Source of the DNA: Luteibacter pinisoli
GTDB lineage: Bacteria; Pseudomonadota; Gammaproteobacteria; Xanthomonadales; Rhodanobacteraceae
Direction: 5' to 3'
Assembly (NCBI RefSeq): GCF_006385595.1
Contig: NZ_CP041046.1
Location: forward strand, 4,402,186-4,426,185
DNA: 24,000 nt
Shown: positions 22,835 through 24,000 of the stretch, in pieces
Numbering within the stretch: the first letter of the stretch is position 1
Layout: each line of letters begins with the position of its first letter
The notes under the pieces: model-generated
What the model was told of the DNA's origin: nothing
What the model saw: only the letters and a program-made list of their open reading frames with translations
Databases searched by the model: none
Made by a program: the position numbers and the translations under genes

Positions 22835-22864
22835 CAGGTGGGCGCGCTAGAATGCGCCCACCTG
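22835..22864 (+). terminator. GC-rich 11-bp hairpin just after the SDR stop (no U-tract)
   Basis: CAGGTGGGCGC (22835-22845) pairs with GCGCCCACCTG (22854-22864) around the 8-nt loop GCTAGAAT. There is no T-run afterwards, so terminator function is uncertain. The loop contains a TAGAAT -10-like hexamer. Confidence 0.35.
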
Positions 22865-22977
22865 CCCTCCTGCAAAGGTATGCGTCCGATGCGCCAGTAA
22901 TGCCACCGTCCTTTTGACGGTCCGCCCTCCTCCCGCCCCGTTTTCGCGGGGAGTGCCCGGCATGCCAGGTGACATCC

Positions 22978-24000
22978 ATGACTGCATCTTTACTGACGCT
23001 GGAAAGCGTCTCGTTCGTCCTGCCCGATGGCAGGGTTCTCTTCCGCGATCTTTTTGAAACCCTCGACGACAGACCCACCGGGCTTGCCGGCGGTAACGGC
23101 GTGGGCAAGTCCGTGCTTGGCCAGTTGCTTGCCGGTGCGTTGCTTCCGTCGTCCGGGCGCTGCCAGCGCAGCGTGAACGTGCACTACCTTGCGCAGCAGG
23201 TGGGTGCCGGCGACGGTACGGTCGCTTCGCTGGCGGGCGTGGATCATGTACTGGCGGCGCTGTCCCGGATTGAACAGGGTAGCGTCGATGCGGCTGATTT
23301 CGATGCCGTCGGCACACGCTGGGACATGCGCGCCCGGCTTACCGATGCGCTTACCGATGCCGGCCTGGCCCATCTCACGGCGGATATACCAGCGACACGC
23401 CTCAGCGGCGGTGAAGCCATGCGCGTGGCCCTCCTTGGCGCACGCCTGGCAGATGCGGGCTACCTGATCCTCGACGAGCCCACCAACCATCTCGATGCCG
23501 ACAACCGCGCGGCACTGATGGCGTGGCTGGCCACATGGCGCGGCGGCCTGCTGGTCATCAGCCACGATCGCGCCTTGCTCGATACGATGACGCGGACGCT
23601 GGAACTGAGTGAGCGTGGCCTGCGTTCGTACGGTGGCGGATACGCTTTTTACGCCGAACAGAAGGCGCATGAGCGCGAGGCCACGCAACGCGAACTCGAC
23701 AGCGCGCGGGCCGAGCGCCGACGTGGGGAACAGGCGCTACGCGAGCAGAACGAAAACCACGCACGACGCAGTGCCCGCGGTGATCGTGCAGGAAAAACAG
23801 CGAACTTGCCGCCCATTCTTCTCGGCCGACGCAAGGAACGCAGTGAAGTCACCAGCGGCAAGCTTCGCGAGCAGCAGGCGAGTACGCGGGCGCAGCTCAA
23901 CGAACGGGTGGGTGAAGCGGCGTCGGCCGTCATGCGGGATACCACGGTCGTCCTGCGCGCGCCCGACGGCCCGGCATCACAAGGCCGCGTCGCACGGCTG
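22978..24000 (+). CDS. ABC-F family ATPase (tandem ABC ATP-binding protein), 5' partial, continues past window end
   Basis: My own translation from ATG 22978 stays open for 341 codons to the window edge: MTASLLTLESVSFVLPDGRVLFRDLF..GGNGVGKS (Walker A), YLAQQ (Q-loop), LSGGE (signature), LILDEPTNHLD (Walker B), ISHDR (H-loop). An Arg/Glu-rich linker (EQKAHEREATQRELDSARAERRRGEQALREQ) typical of ABC-F interdomain linkers follows. It is not in the ORF track because it lacks a stop. Confidence 0.85.
   Translation, partial: MTASLLTLESVSFVLPDGRVLFRDLFETLDDRPTGLAGGNGVGKSVLGQLLAGALLPSSGRCQRSVNVHYLAQQVGAGDGTVASLAGVDHVLAALSRIEQGSVDAADFDAVGTRWDMRARLTDALTDAGLAHLTADIPATRLSGGEAMRVALLGARLADAGYLILDEPTNHLDADNRAALMAWLATWRGGLLVISHDRALLDTMTRTLELSERGLRSYGGGYAFYAEQKAHEREATQRELDSARAERRRGEQALREQNENHARRSARGDRAGKTANLPPILLGRRKERSEVTSGKLREQQASTRAQLNERVGEAASAVMRDTTVVLRAPDGPASQGRVARL

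Noticed and set aside
22880-22900. 6-codon uORF ATG CGT CCG ATG CGC CAG TAA (MRPMRQ) upstream of the ABC-F gene
   Set aside because: The only purine-rich element (AAGG) sits about 1 nt from the ATG, too close for a Shine-Dalgarno sequence. The downstream hairpins are weak and lack a U-tract, so there is not enough evidence to call a leader-peptide attenuator.
1-24000. Mobile element, genomic island, CRISPR or defence-system signatures
   Set aside because: I found no transposase, integrase, recombinase, phage structural, restriction, Cas, or toxin-antitoxin-like genes. There are no terminal inverted repeats, no tRNA-flanked junctions and no spaced repeat arrays. AT-rich patches are short and coincide with promoter or operator regions.

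Overview
High-GC, gene-dense bacterial chromosomal segment, probably proteobacterial; the Xanthomonadales-like impression comes only from how the proteins look and is unverified. I support about 27 protein-coding genes in short operons on both strands. I saw no rRNA, tRNA, CRISPR array, transposase, integrase or phage genes. The content is a mosaic of stress, detoxification and sensing functions. These include a secreted alpha/beta hydrolase translationally coupled to a Sel1-repeat protein, a flavodoxin-like FMN reductase, and a CLC-F type fluoride/proton antiporter. Next come a Lys/Ala-rich histone-like protein, a TPR membrane protein, a hemerythrin, and a MetA/phenol-type outer-membrane channel. 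That channel lies next to a KdpD-C-terminal-like/KdpE-like two-component pair preceded by a degenerate AroQ-like protein. Further genes are an acyltransferase-3 protein, a DUF305 (CopM-like) protein coupled to a YVTN beta-propeller, a divergent tetR/tetA-like pair, and a cupin protein. The remainder is an SDR with a divergent MmyB-like regulator, a dodecin, a PAS hybrid histidine kinase, a MocR-type regulator, a quinone oxidoreductase, another SDR and the 5' part of an ABC-F ATPase. The best-supported non-coding element is a complete fluoride riboswitch (aptamer, overlapping intrinsic terminator and promoter) upstream of the CLC-F gene. The candidates for undescribed biology are all hypotheses. 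(i) An AroQ-like pseudoenzyme, sensor-less kinase, OmpR-family regulator and outer-membrane channel module, with an 11-bp-phased direct repeat in front of the channel gene. (ii) An uncharacterised 92-aa protein that appears to be the second gene of the fluoride-riboswitch operon. (iii) Several exact short repeats and palindromes in promoter regions that look like unassigned operators. The many long ORFs antisense to or out of frame with real genes are treated as high-GC artefacts.
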